From the NCBI GenBank assembly GCA_964016885.1, contig OZ024744.1:110980001-111044000 (forward strand): a DNA stretch of 64,000 nucleotides, given 5' to 3'. Numbering within the stretch: position 1 is the first letter of the stretch; each line of letters opens with the position of its first letter. Positions 45,301 to 60,900 of this stretch are shown piece after piece. The stretch comes from Eledone cirrhosa (lineage: Eukaryota). Both the position numbers and the translations under genes were made by a program. Below the pieces are notes generated by a model. The model saw nothing but the letters and a program-made list of their open reading frames with translations. It had not been told where the DNA came from and ran no database searches.

Positions 45301-47850
45301 CTTACCTTGCTGTGAACACAGTAAAACTACACAATCCACTATGCCTTACCTTGCCCTGAACACAGTAAAACTACACAATCCACTATAACTTACCTTGCCC
45401 TGAACACAGTAAAACTACACAATCCACTATAACAAACATTGCCCTGAACACGGTAAAACTACACAAACCACTATAAATTACCTTGACCTGAACACAGTAA
45501 AACTACATAATCCACTATAGTTTACCTTGCCCTGAACACAATAAAACTACACAATCCACTATAAATTACCTTGCCCTGAAAACAGTAAAACTACACAATC
45601 CACTATAACGTACCTTGCCCTGAACACAGTAAAACTACTTAATTCACTATAACTTACCTTGCTCTGAACACAGTAAAACTACACAATCCACTATACCTTA
45701 CCTTGCCCTGAACACAGTGAAACTACACAATCCACTATAACTTACCTTGCCCTGAACACAGTAAAACTACACAATCCTCTATAACTTACCTTGCTGTGAA
45801 CACAGTAAAACTACACAATCCACTATGCCTTACCTTGCCCTGAACACAGTAAAACTACACAATCCACTATTACTTACATTGCTCTGAACACAGTAAGACT
45901 ACACAATCCACTATAAGTTACATTGCCCTGAACACAGTAAAACTACACAAGCCACTATAAATTACCTTGTTCTGAACACAGTAAAACTACACAATCCACT
46001 ATACCTTACCTTGCCCTGAACACAGTAAAACTACACAATCCACTATAACTTACTTTGCCCTGAACACATTAAAACTACACAAACCACTATAAATTACCTT
46101 GCTCTGAACACAGTAAAACTACACAATCCACTATAACTTAACTGGCCCTGAACACAGTAAACTACAGAATCCACTATAACTTACCTTGCCCAGAACAAAG
46201 TAAAACTACGTAATCCACTATACCTTACCTTGCCCTGAACACAGTAAAACTACACAATCCACTATAGCTTACATTGCTCTGAACACAGTAAAACTACACA
46301 ATCCACTATAGCTTACCTTGCCCTGAACACAGTAAAACTACACAATCCACTATAAATTACCTTGCTCTGAACACAGTAAAACTACACAATCCACTATAAC
46401 TTACCTTGCCCTGAAGACAGTAAAACTACACAATCCACTATAACTGAACTGGCCCTGAACACAGTAAAACTACACAATCCACTATAACTTAACTGGCCCT
46501 GAACACAGAAAAACTACACAATCCACTATACCTTACCTTGCCCTGAACACAGTAAAACTACATAATCCACTATAGTTTACCTTGCCCTGAACACAATAAA
46601 ACTACACAATCCACTATAAATTACCTTGCCCTGAAAACAGTAGAACTACACAATCCACTATAAATTACCTTGCTCTGAACACAATAAAACTACACAATCC
46701 AGTATAACTTAACTGGCCCTGAACACAGTAAAACTACACAATCCACTATAACTTACCTTGCCCTGAACACAGTAAAACTACACAATCCACTATAACAAAC
46801 ATTGCCCTGAACACGGTAAAACTACACAAACCACTATAAATTACCTTGCCCTGAACACAGTAAAACTACATAATCCACTATAGTTTACCTTGCCCTGAAC
46901 ACAATAAAACTACACAATCCACTATAAATTACCTTGCCCTGAACACAGTAAAACTACACAATTCTCTATAACTTACCTTGCTGTGAACACAGTAAAACTA
47001 CACAATCCACTATGCCTTACCTTGGCCTGAACACAGTAAAACTACACAATCCACTATAACTTACCTTGCCCTGAACACAGTAAAACTACACAATCCACTA
47101 TTACTTACATTGCTCTGAACACAGAAAAACTACACAATCCACTCTAACTTACTTTGCCATGAACACAGTAAAACTACACAATCCTCTATAACTGACCTTG
47201 CTGTGAACACAGTAAAAGTACACAATCCACTATGCCTTACCTTGCCCTGAACACAGTAAAACTACACAATCCACTATAACTTACCTTGCCCTGAACACAG
47301 TAAAACTACACAATCCACTATAACAAACATTGCCCTGAACACGGTAAAACTACACAAACCACTATAAATTACCTTGCCCTGAACACAGTAAAACTACATA
47401 ATCCACTATAGTTTACCTTGCCCTGAACACAATAAACTACACAATCCACTATAAATTACCTTGCCCTGAAAACAGTAAAACTACACAATCCACTATAACG
47501 TACCTTGCCCTGAACACAGTAAAACTACTTAATTCACTATAACTTACCTTGCTCTGAACACAGTAAAGCTACACAATCCACTATACCTTACCTTGCCCTG
47601 AACACAGTGAAACTACACAATCCACTATAACTTACCTTGCCCTGAACACAGTAAAACTACACAATCCTCTATAACTTACCTTGCTGTGAACACAGTAAAA
47701 CTACACAATCCACTATGCCTTACCTTGCCCTGAACACAGTAAAACTACACAATCCACTATTACTTACATTGCTCTGAACACAGTAAGACTACACAATCCA
47801 CTATAACTTACATTGCCCTGAACACAGTAAAACTACACAAACCACTATAA
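42400..47850. repeat. Two to three related higher-order units of about 2.1 kb (47-48 monomers)
   Basis: CCTTGACCTG at 43371/45481 (offset 2110); ACAAGCCACT at 43881/45947 (offset 2066); CAGTAAGACT near 43825/45891/47781. Confidence 0.8.
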
Positions 47851-49719
47851 ATTACCTTGCTCTAAACACAGTAAAACGTTATAATCCACTAAAACTTAAC
47901 TGGCCCTGAACACAGTAAAACTACACAATCCACTATAGCTTAACTGGCCCTGAACACAGTAAAACTACACAATCCACTATAAGTTACCTTGCTCTGAACA
48001 CAGTAAAACTACACAATCCACTATAACTTAACTGGCCCTGAACACAGTAAAACTACACAATCCACTATAACTTACCTTGCCTTGAACACAGTAAAACTAC
48101 ACAATCCACTATAACTTACATTACTCTGAACACAGGAAAACTACACAAACCACTATAACTTAACTGACCCTGAACACAGTAAAACTACACAATCCACTAT
48201 AACTTGCCTTGCGCTGAACACATTAAAACTACACAATCCACTATAACTTACTTTGCCATGAACACAGTAAAACTACACGATCCACTATAACTTACCTTGC
48301 ACTGAACACAGTAAAACTACACAATTCACTATAACTTACCTTGCACTGAACACAGTAAAACTACACAATCCACTATAACTTAACTGGCCCTGAACACAGT
48401 AAAACTACACAATCCACTATAACTTAACTGGCCCTGAACACAGTAAAACTACACAATCCACTATAACTTTACTGGCCCTGAACACAGTAAAACTACACAA
48501 TCCACTATAAGTTACCTTGCTCTGAACACAGTAAAACTACACAATCCACTATAACTTACCTTGCCCTGAACACAGTAAACTACACAATCCACTATAACTT
48601 ACCTTGCCCTGAACACAGTAAAACTACACAATCCACTATAACTTACCTTGCTCTGAACACAGTAAAACTACACAATCCACTATAACTTACCTTGCCCTGA
48701 ACACAGTAAAACTACACAAACCACTATAAATTACCTTGTTCTGAACACAATAAAACTACACAATCCACTATACCTTACCTTGGCCTGAACACAGTAAAAC
48801 TACACAATCCACTATAACTTACTTTGCCCTGAACATATTAAAACTACACAAACCACTATAAGTTAACTTGCCCTGAACACAGTGAAACTACACAATCCAC
48901 TATAACTTAACTGGCCCTGAACACAGTAAAACTACACAATCCACTATAAGTTACCTTGCTCTGAACACAGTAAAACTACACAATCCACTATAACTTAACT
49001 GGCCCTGAACACAGTAAAGCTACACAATCCACTATAACTTACATTGCTCTGAACACAGGAAAACTACACAAACCACTATAACTTAACTGACCCTGAACTC
49101 AGTAAAACTACACAATCCACTATAACTTAACTGACCCTGAACACAGTAAAACTACACAATCCACTATAACTTAACTGGCCCTGAACACAGTAAACTACAG
49201 GATCCACTATAACTTACCTTGCTCTGAACACAGTAAAACTACGCGATCCACTATAACTTACATTGCCCTGAGCACAGTAAAACTACACAATCCACTATAA
49301 CTTGCCTTGCTCAGAACACAGTAAAACTACACAATCCACTATAACTTACTTTGCCATGAACACAGTAAAACTACACGATCCTCTATAACTTACCTTGCAC
49401 TGAACACAGTAAAACTACACAATCCACTATAACTTACCTTGCACTGAACACAGTAAAATTACACAATCCACTATAACTTAACTGGCCCTGAACACAGTAA
49501 AACTACACAATCCACTATAAGTTACCTTGCTCTGAACACAGTAAAACTACACAATCCACTATAACTTACCTTGCCCTGAACACAGTAAACTACACAATCC
49601 ACTATAACTTACTTTGCCCTGAACACATTAAAACTACACAAACCACTATAAATTACCTTGCTCTAAACACAGTAAAACTTTATAATCCACTATAACTTAT
49701 CTGGCCCTGAACACACTAA

Positions 49720-52700
49720 ACTACAGGATCCACTATAACTTAACTGGCCCTGAACACAGTAAAACTACACGATCCACTATAACTTACATTGCCCTGAACA
49801 CAGCAAAACTACATAATCCACTATACCTTACCTTGCCCTGAACACAGTAAAACTACACAATCCACTATAACTTGCCTTGCTCTGAACACAGTAAAACTAC
49901 ACAATCCACTATAACTTACTTTGCCATGAACACAGTAAAACTATACGATCCACTATAACTTACCTTGCACTGAACACAGTAAAACTACACAGTCCACTAT
50001 AACTTACCTTGCACTGAACACAGTAAAACTACACAATCCACTATAAATTACCTTGCTCTGAACACAGTAAAACTACACAATCCACTATAACTTAACTGGC
50101 CCTGAACACAGTAAACTACAGAATCCACTATAACTTACCTTGCCCAGAACAAAGTAAAACTACGTAATCCACTATACCTTACCATGCCCTGAACACAGTA
50201 AAACTACACAATCCACTATAGCTTACATTGCTCTGAACACAGTAAAACTACACAATCCACTATACCTTACCATGCCCTGAACACAGTAAAACTACACAAT
50301 CCACTATACCTTACCTTGCTCTGAACACAGTAAAACTACACAATCCACTATAACTTACCTTGCCCTGAACACAGTAAAATTACACAATCCACTATAGCTT
50401 ACCTTGCCCTGAACACAGAAAAACTAAACAATCCACTATAACTTACATTGCCCTGAACATAGTAAAACTACACAATCCTCTATAAATTACCTTGCTCTGA
50501 ACACAGTAAAATTACACAATCCACTATAACTTACCTTGCTCTGAACACAGTAAACCTACACAATCCACTATAAATTACCTTGCCCTGAACACAGTAAAAC
50601 TACACAATCCACTATAACTTAACTGGCCCTGAACACAGTAAAACTACACAATCCACTATAGTTTACCTTGCCCTGAACACAGTCAATCTACACAATCCAC
50701 TATAACTTACCTTGCCCTGAACACAGTAAAACTACTTAATTCACTATAACTTACCTTGCTCCGAACACAGTAAAACTACACAATCCACTATACCTTACCT
50801 TGCCCTGAACACAGTAAAATTACACAATCCACTATAGTTTACCTTGCCCTGAACACAGTAAAACTACACAAACCACTATAGTTTACCTTGCCCTGAACAC
50901 AGTAAAACTACACAAACCACTATAAATTACCTTGCCCTGAACACAGTAAACTACACAATCCACTATAACTTACCTTGCTCTGAACACAGTAAAACTACAC
51001 AATCCACTATAACTTACCTTGCCCTGAACACAGTAAACTACACAATCCACTATAACTTACATTGCCCTGAACACAGTAAAACTACACAAACCACTATAAA
51101 TTACCTTGTTCTGAACACAGTAAAACTACACAATCCACTATACCTTACCTTGCCCTGAACACACTAAACTACAGGATCCACTATAACTTAACTGGCCCTG
51201 AACACAGTAAAACTACACGATCCACTATACCTTACCTTGCCCTGAACACAGTAAAACTACACAATCCACTATAACTTGCCTTGCTCTGAACACAGTAAAA
51301 CTACACAATCCACTATAACTTACTTTGCCATGAACACAGTAAAACTATACGATCCACTATAACTTACCTTGCACTGAACACAGTAAAACTACACAGTCCA
51401 CTATAACTTACCTTGCACTGAACACAGTAAAACTACACAATCCACTATAAATTACCTTGCTCTGAACACAGTAAAACTACACAATCCACTATAACTTAAC
51501 TGGCCCTGAACACAGTAAACTACAGAATCCACTATAACTTACCTTGCCCAGAACAAAGTAAAACTACGTAATCCACTATACCTTACCATGCCCTGAACAC
51601 AGTAAAACTACACAATCTACTATAGCTTACATTGCTCTGAACACAGTAAAACTACACAATCCACTATACCTTACCATGCCCTGAACACAGTAAAACTACA
51701 CAATCCACTATACCTTACCTTGCTCTGAACACAGTAAAACTACACAATCCACTATAACTTACCTTGCCCTGAACACAGTAAAACTACACAATCCACTATA
51801 GCTTACCTTGCCCTGAACACAGAAAAACTAAACAATCCACTATAACTTACATTGCCCTGAACATAGTAAAACTACACAATCCTCTATAAATTACCTTGCT
51901 CTGAACACAGTAAAATTACACAATCCACTATAACTTACCTTGCTCTGAACACAGTAAACCTACACGATCCACTATAAATTACCTTGCCCTGAACACAGTA
52001 AAACTACACAATCCACTATAACTTAACTGGCCCTGAACACAGTAAAACTACACAATCCACTATAGTTTACCTTGCCCTGAACACAGTCAAACTACACAAT
52101 CCACTATAACTTACCTTGCCCTGAACACAGTAAAACTACTTAATTCACTATAACTTACCTTGCTCCGAACACAGTAAAACTACACAATCCACTATACCTT
52201 ACCTTGCCCTGAACACAGTAAAATTACACAATCCACTATAGTTTACCTTGCCCTGAACACAGTAAAACTACACAAACCACTATAGTTTACCTTGCCCTGA
52301 ACACAGTAAAACTACACAAACCACTATAAATTACCTTGCCCTGAACACAGTAAACTACACAATCCACTATAACTTACCTTGCTCTGAACACAGTAAAACT
52401 ACACAATCCACTATACCTTACCTTGCCCTGAACACAGTAAAACTACACAATCCACTATAAGTTACCTTGCTCTGAACACAGTAAAACTACACAATCCACT
52501 ATAACTTGCCTTGCTCTGAACACAGTAAAACTACACAATCCACTATAACTTACTTTGCCATGAACACAGTAAAACTACACGATCCACTATAACTTACCTT
52601 GCACTGAACACAGTAAAACTACACAATCCACTATAACTTACCTTGCACTGAACACAGTAAAACTACACAATCCACTATAAATTACCCTGCCCTGAACACA

Positions 52701-55700
52701 GTAAAACTACACAATCCACTATAACTTACCTTGCTCTGAACACAGTAAAACTACACAATCCACTATAACTTAACTGGCCCTGAACACAGTAAACTACAGA
52801 ATCCACTATAACTTACCTTGCCCTGAACACAGTAAAACTACACAATCCACTATAACTTACCTTGCCCTTAACACAGTAAAACTACACAATCCACTATAGC
52901 TTACCTTGCCCTGAACACAGTAAAACTACACAATCCACTATGAATTACCTTGCTCTGAACACAGTAAAACTACACAATCCACTATGAATTACCTTGCACT
53001 GAACACAGTAAAACTACACAATCCACTATAACTTAACTGGCCCTGAACACAGTAAAACTACACAATCCACTATAACTTAACTGGCCCTGAACACAGTAAA
53101 ACTACACAATCCACTATAAGTTACCTTGCCCTGAACACTGTAAACTACACAATCCACTATAACTTACATTGCCCTGAACACAGTAAAACTACACAAACCA
53201 CTATAAATTACCTTGTTCTGAACACAGTAAAACTACACAATCCACTATACCTTACCTTGCCCTGAACACAGTAAAACTACACAATCCACTATAACTTACT
53301 TTGCCCTGAACATATTAAAACTACACAAACCACTATAAATTACCTTGCCCTAAACACAGTAAAACTTTATAATCCACTATAACTTAACTGGCCCTGAACA
53401 CACTAAACTACAGGATCCACTATAACTTACATTGCTCTGAACACAGGAAAACTACACAAACCACTATAACTTACATTGCCCTGAACACAGTAAAACTACA
53501 CAAACCACTATAAATTACCTTGTTCTGAACACAGTAAAACTACACAATCCACTATACCTTACCTTGCCCTGAACACACTAAACTACAGGATCCACTATAA
53601 CTTAACTGGCCCTGAACACAGTAAAACTACACGATCCACTATAACTTACATTGCCCTGAACACAGTAAAACTACACAATCCACTATAACTTGCCTTGCTC
53701 TGAACACAGTAAAACTACACAATCCACTATAACTTACTTTGCCATGAACACAGTAAAACTATACGATCCACTATAACTTACCTTGCACTGAACACAGTAA
53801 AACTACACAGTCCACTATAACTTACCTTGCACTGAACACAGTAAAACTACACAATCCACTATAAATTACCTTGCTCTGAACACAGTAAAACTACACAATC
53901 CACTATAACTTAACTGGCCCTGAACACAGTAAACTACAGAATCCACTATACCTTACCATGCCCTGAACACAGTAAAACTACACAATCCACTATAGCTTAC
54001 ATTGCTCTGAACACAGTAAAACTACACAATCCACTATACCTTACCATGCCCTGAACACAGTAAAACTACACAATCCACTATACCTTACCTTGCTCTGAAT
54101 ACAGTAAAACTACACAATCCACTATAACTTACCTTGCCCTGAACACAGTAAAACTACACAATCCACTATAGCTTACCTTGCCCTGAACACAGAAAAACTA
54201 AACAATCCACTATAACTTACATTGCCCTGAACATAGTAAAACTACACAATCCTCTATAAATTACCTTGCTCTGAACACAGTAAAATTACACAATCCACTA
54301 TAACTTACCTTGCTCTGAACACAGTAAACCTACCCAATCCACTATAAATTACCTTGCCCTGAACACAGTAAAACTACACAATCCACTATAACTTAACTGG
54401 CCCTGAACACAGTAAAACTACACAATCCACTATAGTTTACCTTGCCCTGAACACAGTCAAACTACACAATCCACTATAACTTACCTTGCCCTGAACACAG
54501 TAAAACTACTTAATTCACTATAACTTACCTTGCTCCGAACACAGTAAAACTACACAATCCACTATACCTTACCTTGCCCTGAACACAGTAAAATTACACA
54601 ATCCACTATAGTTTACCTTGCCCTGAACACAGTAAAACTACACAAACCACTATAGTTTACCTTGCCCTGAACACAGTAAAACTACACAAACCACTATAAA
54701 TTACCTTGCCCTGAACACAGTAAAACTACACAATCCTCTATAACTTACATTGCTCTGAACACAGTAAAACTACACAATCCACTATAAATTACCTTGCCCT
54801 GAACACAGTAAAACTACACAATCAACTATAACTTACCTTGCCCTGAACACAGTAAACAACACAATCCACTATAACTTACCTTGCTCTGAACACAGTAAAA
54901 CTACACAATCCACTATACCTTACCTTGCCCTGAACACAGTAAAACTACACAATCCACTATAAGTTACCTTGCTCTGAACACAGTAAAACTACACAATCCA
55001 CTATAACTTACCTTGCCCTGAACACAGTAAACTACACAATCCACTATAACTTACATTGCCCTGAACACAGTAAAACTACACAAACCACTATAAATTACCT
55101 TGTTCTGAACACAGTAAAACTACACAATCCACTATACCTTACCTTGCCCTGAACACACTAAACTACAGGATCCACTATAACTTAACTGGCCCTGAACACA
55201 GTAAAACTACACGATCCACTATAACTTACATTGCCCTGAACACAGTAAAACTACACAATCCACTATAACTTGCCTTGCTCTGAACACAGTAAAACTACAC
55301 AATCCACTATAACTTACTTTGCCATGAACACAGTAAAACTACACGATCCACTATAACTTACCTTGCACTGAACACAGTAAAACTACACAATCCACTATAA
55401 CTTACCTTGCACTGAACACAGTAAAACTACACAATCCACTATAAATTACCCTGCCCCGAACACAGTAAAACTACACAATCCACTATAACTTACCTTGCTC
55501 TGAACACAGTAAAACTACACAATCCACTATAACTTAACTGGCCCTGAACACAGTAAACTACAGAATCCACTATAACTTACCTTGCCCTGAACACAGTGAA
55601 ACTACACAATCCACTATAAATTACCTAGCTCTGAACACAGTAAAACTACACAATCCACTATAACTTACCTTGCCCTGAACACAGTAAAACTACACAATCC

Positions 55701-57650
55701 ACTATAGCTTACCTTGCCCTGAACACAGTAAAACTACACAATCCACTATGAATTACCTTGCTCTGAACACAGTAAAACTACACAATCCACTATAAATTAC
55801 CTTGCACTGAACACAGTAAAACTACACAATCCACTATAACTGAACTGGCCCTGAACACAGTAAAACTACACAATCCACTATAACTTAACTGGCCCTGAAC
55901 ACAGTAAAACTACACAATCCACTATAACTTAACTGGCCCTGAACACAGTAAAACTACACAATCCACTATAAGTTACCTTGCTCTGAACACAGTAAAACTA
56001 CACAATCCACTATAACTTACCTTGCCCTGAACACTGTAAACTACACAATCCACTATAACTTACATTGCCCTGAACACAGTAAAACTACACAAACCACTAT
56101 AAATTACCTTGTTCTGAACACAGTAAAACTACACAATCCACTATACCTTACCTTGCCCTGAACACAGTAAAACTACACAATCCACTATAACTTACTTTGC
56201 CCTGAACATATTAAAACTACACAAACCACTATAAATTACCTTGCCCTAAACACTGTAAAACTTTATAATCCACTATAACTTAACTGGCCCTGAACACACT
56301 AAACTACAGGATCCACTATAACTTACATTGCTCTGAACACAGGAAAACTACACAAACCACTATAACTTACATTGCCCTGAACACAGTAAAACTACACAAA
56401 CCACTATAAATTACCTTGTTCTGAACACAGTAAAACTACACAATCCACTATACCTTACCTTGCCCTGAACACACTAAACTACAGGATCCACTATAACTTA
56501 ACTGGCCCTGAACACAGTAAAACTACACGATCCACTATAACTTACATTGCCCTGAACACAGTAAAACTACACAATCCACTATAACTTGCCTTGCTCTGAA
56601 CACAGTAAAACTACACAATCCACTATAACTTACTTTGCCATGAACACAGTAAAACTACACAATCCACTATAACTTACCTTGCACTGAACACAGTAAAACT
56701 ACACAATCCACTATAAATTACCCTGCCCTGAACACAGTAAAACTACACAATCCACTATAACTTACCTTGCTCTGAACACAGTAAAACTACACAATCCACT
56801 ATAACTTAACTGGCCCTGAACACAGTAAACTACAGAATACACTATAACTTACCTTGCCCTGAACACAGTAAAACTACACAATCCACTATAAATTACCTTG
56901 CTCTGAACACAGTAAAACTACACAATCCACTATAACTTACCTTGCCCTGAACACAGTAAAACTACACAATCCACTATAGCTTACCTTGCCCTGAACACAG
57001 TAAAACTACACAATCCACTATGAATTAGCTTGCTCTGAACACAGTAAAACTACACAATCCACTATAAATTACCTTGCACTGAACACAGTAAAACTACACA
57101 ATCCACTATAACTGAACTGGCCCTGAACACAGTAAAACTACACAATCCACTATAACTTAACTGGCCCTGAACACAGTAAAACTACACAATCCACTATAAC
57201 TTAACTGGCCCTGAACACAGTAAAACTACACAATCCACTATAAGTTACCTTGCTCTGAACACAGTAAAACTACACAATCCACTATAACTTACCTTGCCCT
57301 GAACACAGTAAACTACACAATCCACTATAACTTACATTGCCCTGAACACAGTAAAACTACACAAACCACTATAAATTACCTTGTTCTGAACACAGTAAAA
57401 CTACACAATCCACTATACCTTACCTTGCCCTGAACACAGTAAAACTACACAATCCACTATAACTTACTTTGCCCTGAACATATTAAAACTACACAAAGCA
57501 CTATAAATTACCTTGCTCTAAACACAGTAAAACTTTATAATCCACTATAACTTAACTGGCCCTGAACACACTAAACTACAGGATCCACTATAACTTACAT
57601 TGCTCTGAACACAGGAAAACTACACAAACCACTATAACTTAACTGACCCT
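49720..57650. repeat. Interleaved higher-order units of about 1.2-1.4 kb (two cassettes, three copies each)
   Basis: Cassette X is marked by TGCTCCGAAC at 50757/52161/54531 and CTATACGATC at 49941/51346/53759. Cassette Y is marked by ATTACCCTGC at 52681/55445/56718 and TATGAATTA near 52940/55747/57020. Confidence 0.8.
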
Positions 57651-57949
57651 GAACACAGTAAAACTACACAATCCACTATAACTTAACTGACCCTGAACAC
57701 AGTAAAACTACACAATCCACTATAACTTAACTGGCCCTGAACACAGTAATATACAGGATCCACTATAACTTACCTTGCTCTGAACACAGTAAAACTACAC
57801 GATCCACTATAACTTACATTGCCCTGAGCACAGTAAAACTACACAATCCACTATAACTTGCCTTGCTCTGAACACAGTAAAACTACACAATCCACTATAA
57901 CTTACTTTGCCATGAACACAGTAAAACTACACAATCCACTATAACTTAC

Positions 57950-60900
57950 CTTGCACTGAACACAGTAAAACTACACAATCCACTATAACTTACCTTGCAC
58001 TGAACACAGTAAAACTAAACAATCCACTATAACTTACATTGCCCTGAACACAGTATAACTACATAATCCACTATAAATTACCTTGCTCTGAACACGGTAA
58101 AATTACGCAATCCACTATAACTTACCTTGCTCTGAACACAGTAAACCTACACAATCCACTATAAATTACCTTGCCCTGAACACAGTAAAACTACACAATC
58201 CACTATAAGTTACCTTGCTCTGAACACAGTAAAACAACACAATCCACTATAACTTATCTGGCCCTGAACACAGTAAAACTACACAATCCACTATAACTTA
58301 CCATGCCCTGAACACAGTAAAACTAAACAATCCACTATAACTTACATTGCCCTGAACACAGTAAAATTACACAAACCACTATAAATTACCTTGCCGCGAA
58401 CACAGTAAAACTACAAAATCCACTATAACTTACCTTGCACTGAACACAGTAAAACTACACAATCCACTATAACTTACCTTGCACTGAACACAGTAAAACT
58501 AAACAATCCACTATAACTTACATTGCCCTGAACACAGTAAAACTACATAATCCACTATAAATTACCTTGCTCTGAACACAGTAAAATTACACAATCCACT
58601 ATAACTTACCTTGCTCTGAACACAGTAAACCTACACAATCCACTATAAATTACCTTGCCCTGAACACAGTAAAACTACACAATCCACTATAAGTTACCTT
58701 GCTCTGAACACAGTAAAACAACACAATCCACTATAACTTATCTGGCCCTGAACACAGTAAAACTACACAATCCACTATAAATTACCTTGCCCTGAACACA
58801 GTAAAACTACACAATCCACTATAACTTACCTTGCCCTGGACACAGTAAAACTACACAATCCACTATAACTTACCTTGCTCTGAACACAGTAAAACTACAC
58901 AATCCACTATACCTTACCTTGGCCTGAACACAGTAAAACTACACAATCCACTATAGCTTACATTGCTCTGAACACAGTAAAACTACACAATCCATTATAG
59001 CTTACCTTGCCCTGAAAACAGTGGAACTACACAATCCACTATAAATTACCTTGCTCTGAACACAGTAAAACTACACAATCCACTATAACTTAACTTGCTC
59101 TGAACACAGTAAAACTACACAATCCACTATAACTTACCTTGCTCTGAACACAGTAAAACTACACAATCCACTATAACTTACTTTGCCATGAACACAGTAA
59201 AACTACACAATCCACTATAACTTACCTTGCACTGAACACAGTAAAACTACACAATCCACTATAGTTTACCTTGCCCTGAACACAGTAAAACTACACAATC
59301 CACAATAACGTACCTTGCCCTGAACACAGTAAAACTACTTAATTCACTATAACTTACCTTGCTCTGAACACAGTAAAACTACACAATCCACTATACCTTA
59401 CCTTGCCCTGAACACAGTAAAACTACACAATCCACTAAAACTTACCTTGTTCTGAACACAGTAAAACTACACAATCCACTCTAACTTACCTTGCCCGGAA
59501 CAAAGTAAAACTACGTAATCCACTATACCTTACCTTGCCCTGAACACAATGAAACTACACAATCCACTATAACTTACCTTGCTCTGAACACAGTAAAACT
59601 ACACAATCCACTATAAATTACCTTGCCCTGAACACAGTAAAACTACACAATCCACTATTACTTACCTTGCCCTGAACACAGAATAACTACACAATCCACT
59701 ATAACTTAACTGGCCCTGAACACAGTAAAACTACACAATCCACTATTACTTACCTTGCTCTGAACACAGTAAAACTACACAATCCACTATTACTTACCTT
59801 GCTCTGAACACAGAAAAACTACACAATCCACTATAACCTACTTTGCCATGAACACAGTAAAACTACACAATCCACTATTACTTACCTTGCTCTGAACACA
59901 GAAAAACTACACAATCCACTATAACTTACTTTGCCATGAACACAGTAAAACTACACAATCCACTATAACTTAACTGGCCCTGAACACAGTAACACTACAC
60001 AATCAACTATAACTTACCTTGCTCTGAACACAGTAAAACTACACAATGCACTATAACTTACTTTGCCATGAACACAGTAAAACTACACAATCCACTAAAA
60101 CTTACCTTGCACTGAACACAGTAAAACTACACAATCCACTATAAATTACCTTGTTCTGAACACAGTAAAACTACACAATCCACTCTAACTTACCTTGCCC
60201 GGAACAAAGTAAAACTACGTAATCCACTATACCTTACCTTGCCCTGAACACAGTGAAACTACACAATCCACTATAACTTACCTTGCTCTGAACACAGTAA
60301 AACTACACAATCCACTATAACTTACTTTGCCATGAACACAGTAAAACTACACAATCCACTATAACTTAACTGGCCCTGAACACAGTAACACTACACAATC
60401 AACTATAACTTACCTTGCTCTGAACACAGTAAAACTACACAATGCACTATAACTTACTTTGCCATGAACACAGTAAAACTACACAATCCACTAAAACTTA
60501 CCTTGCACTGAACACAGTAAAACTACACAATCCACTATAAATTACCTTGTTCTGAACACAGTAAAACTACACAGTCCACTCTAACTTACCTTGCCCGGAC
60601 CAAAGTAAAACTACGTAATCCACTATACCTTACCTTGCCCTGAACACAGTGAAACTACACAATCAACTATAACTTACCTTGCTCTGAACACAGTAAAACT
60701 ACACAATCCACTATAACTTACTTTGCCATGAACACAGTAAAACTACACAATCCACTATAACTTACCTTGCACTGAACACAGTAAAACTACACAATCCACT
60801 ATAACTTACCTTGCACTGAACACAGTAAAACTACACAATCCACTATAACTTAACTGGCCCTGAACACAGTAAAACTACACAATCCACTATAACTTAACTG

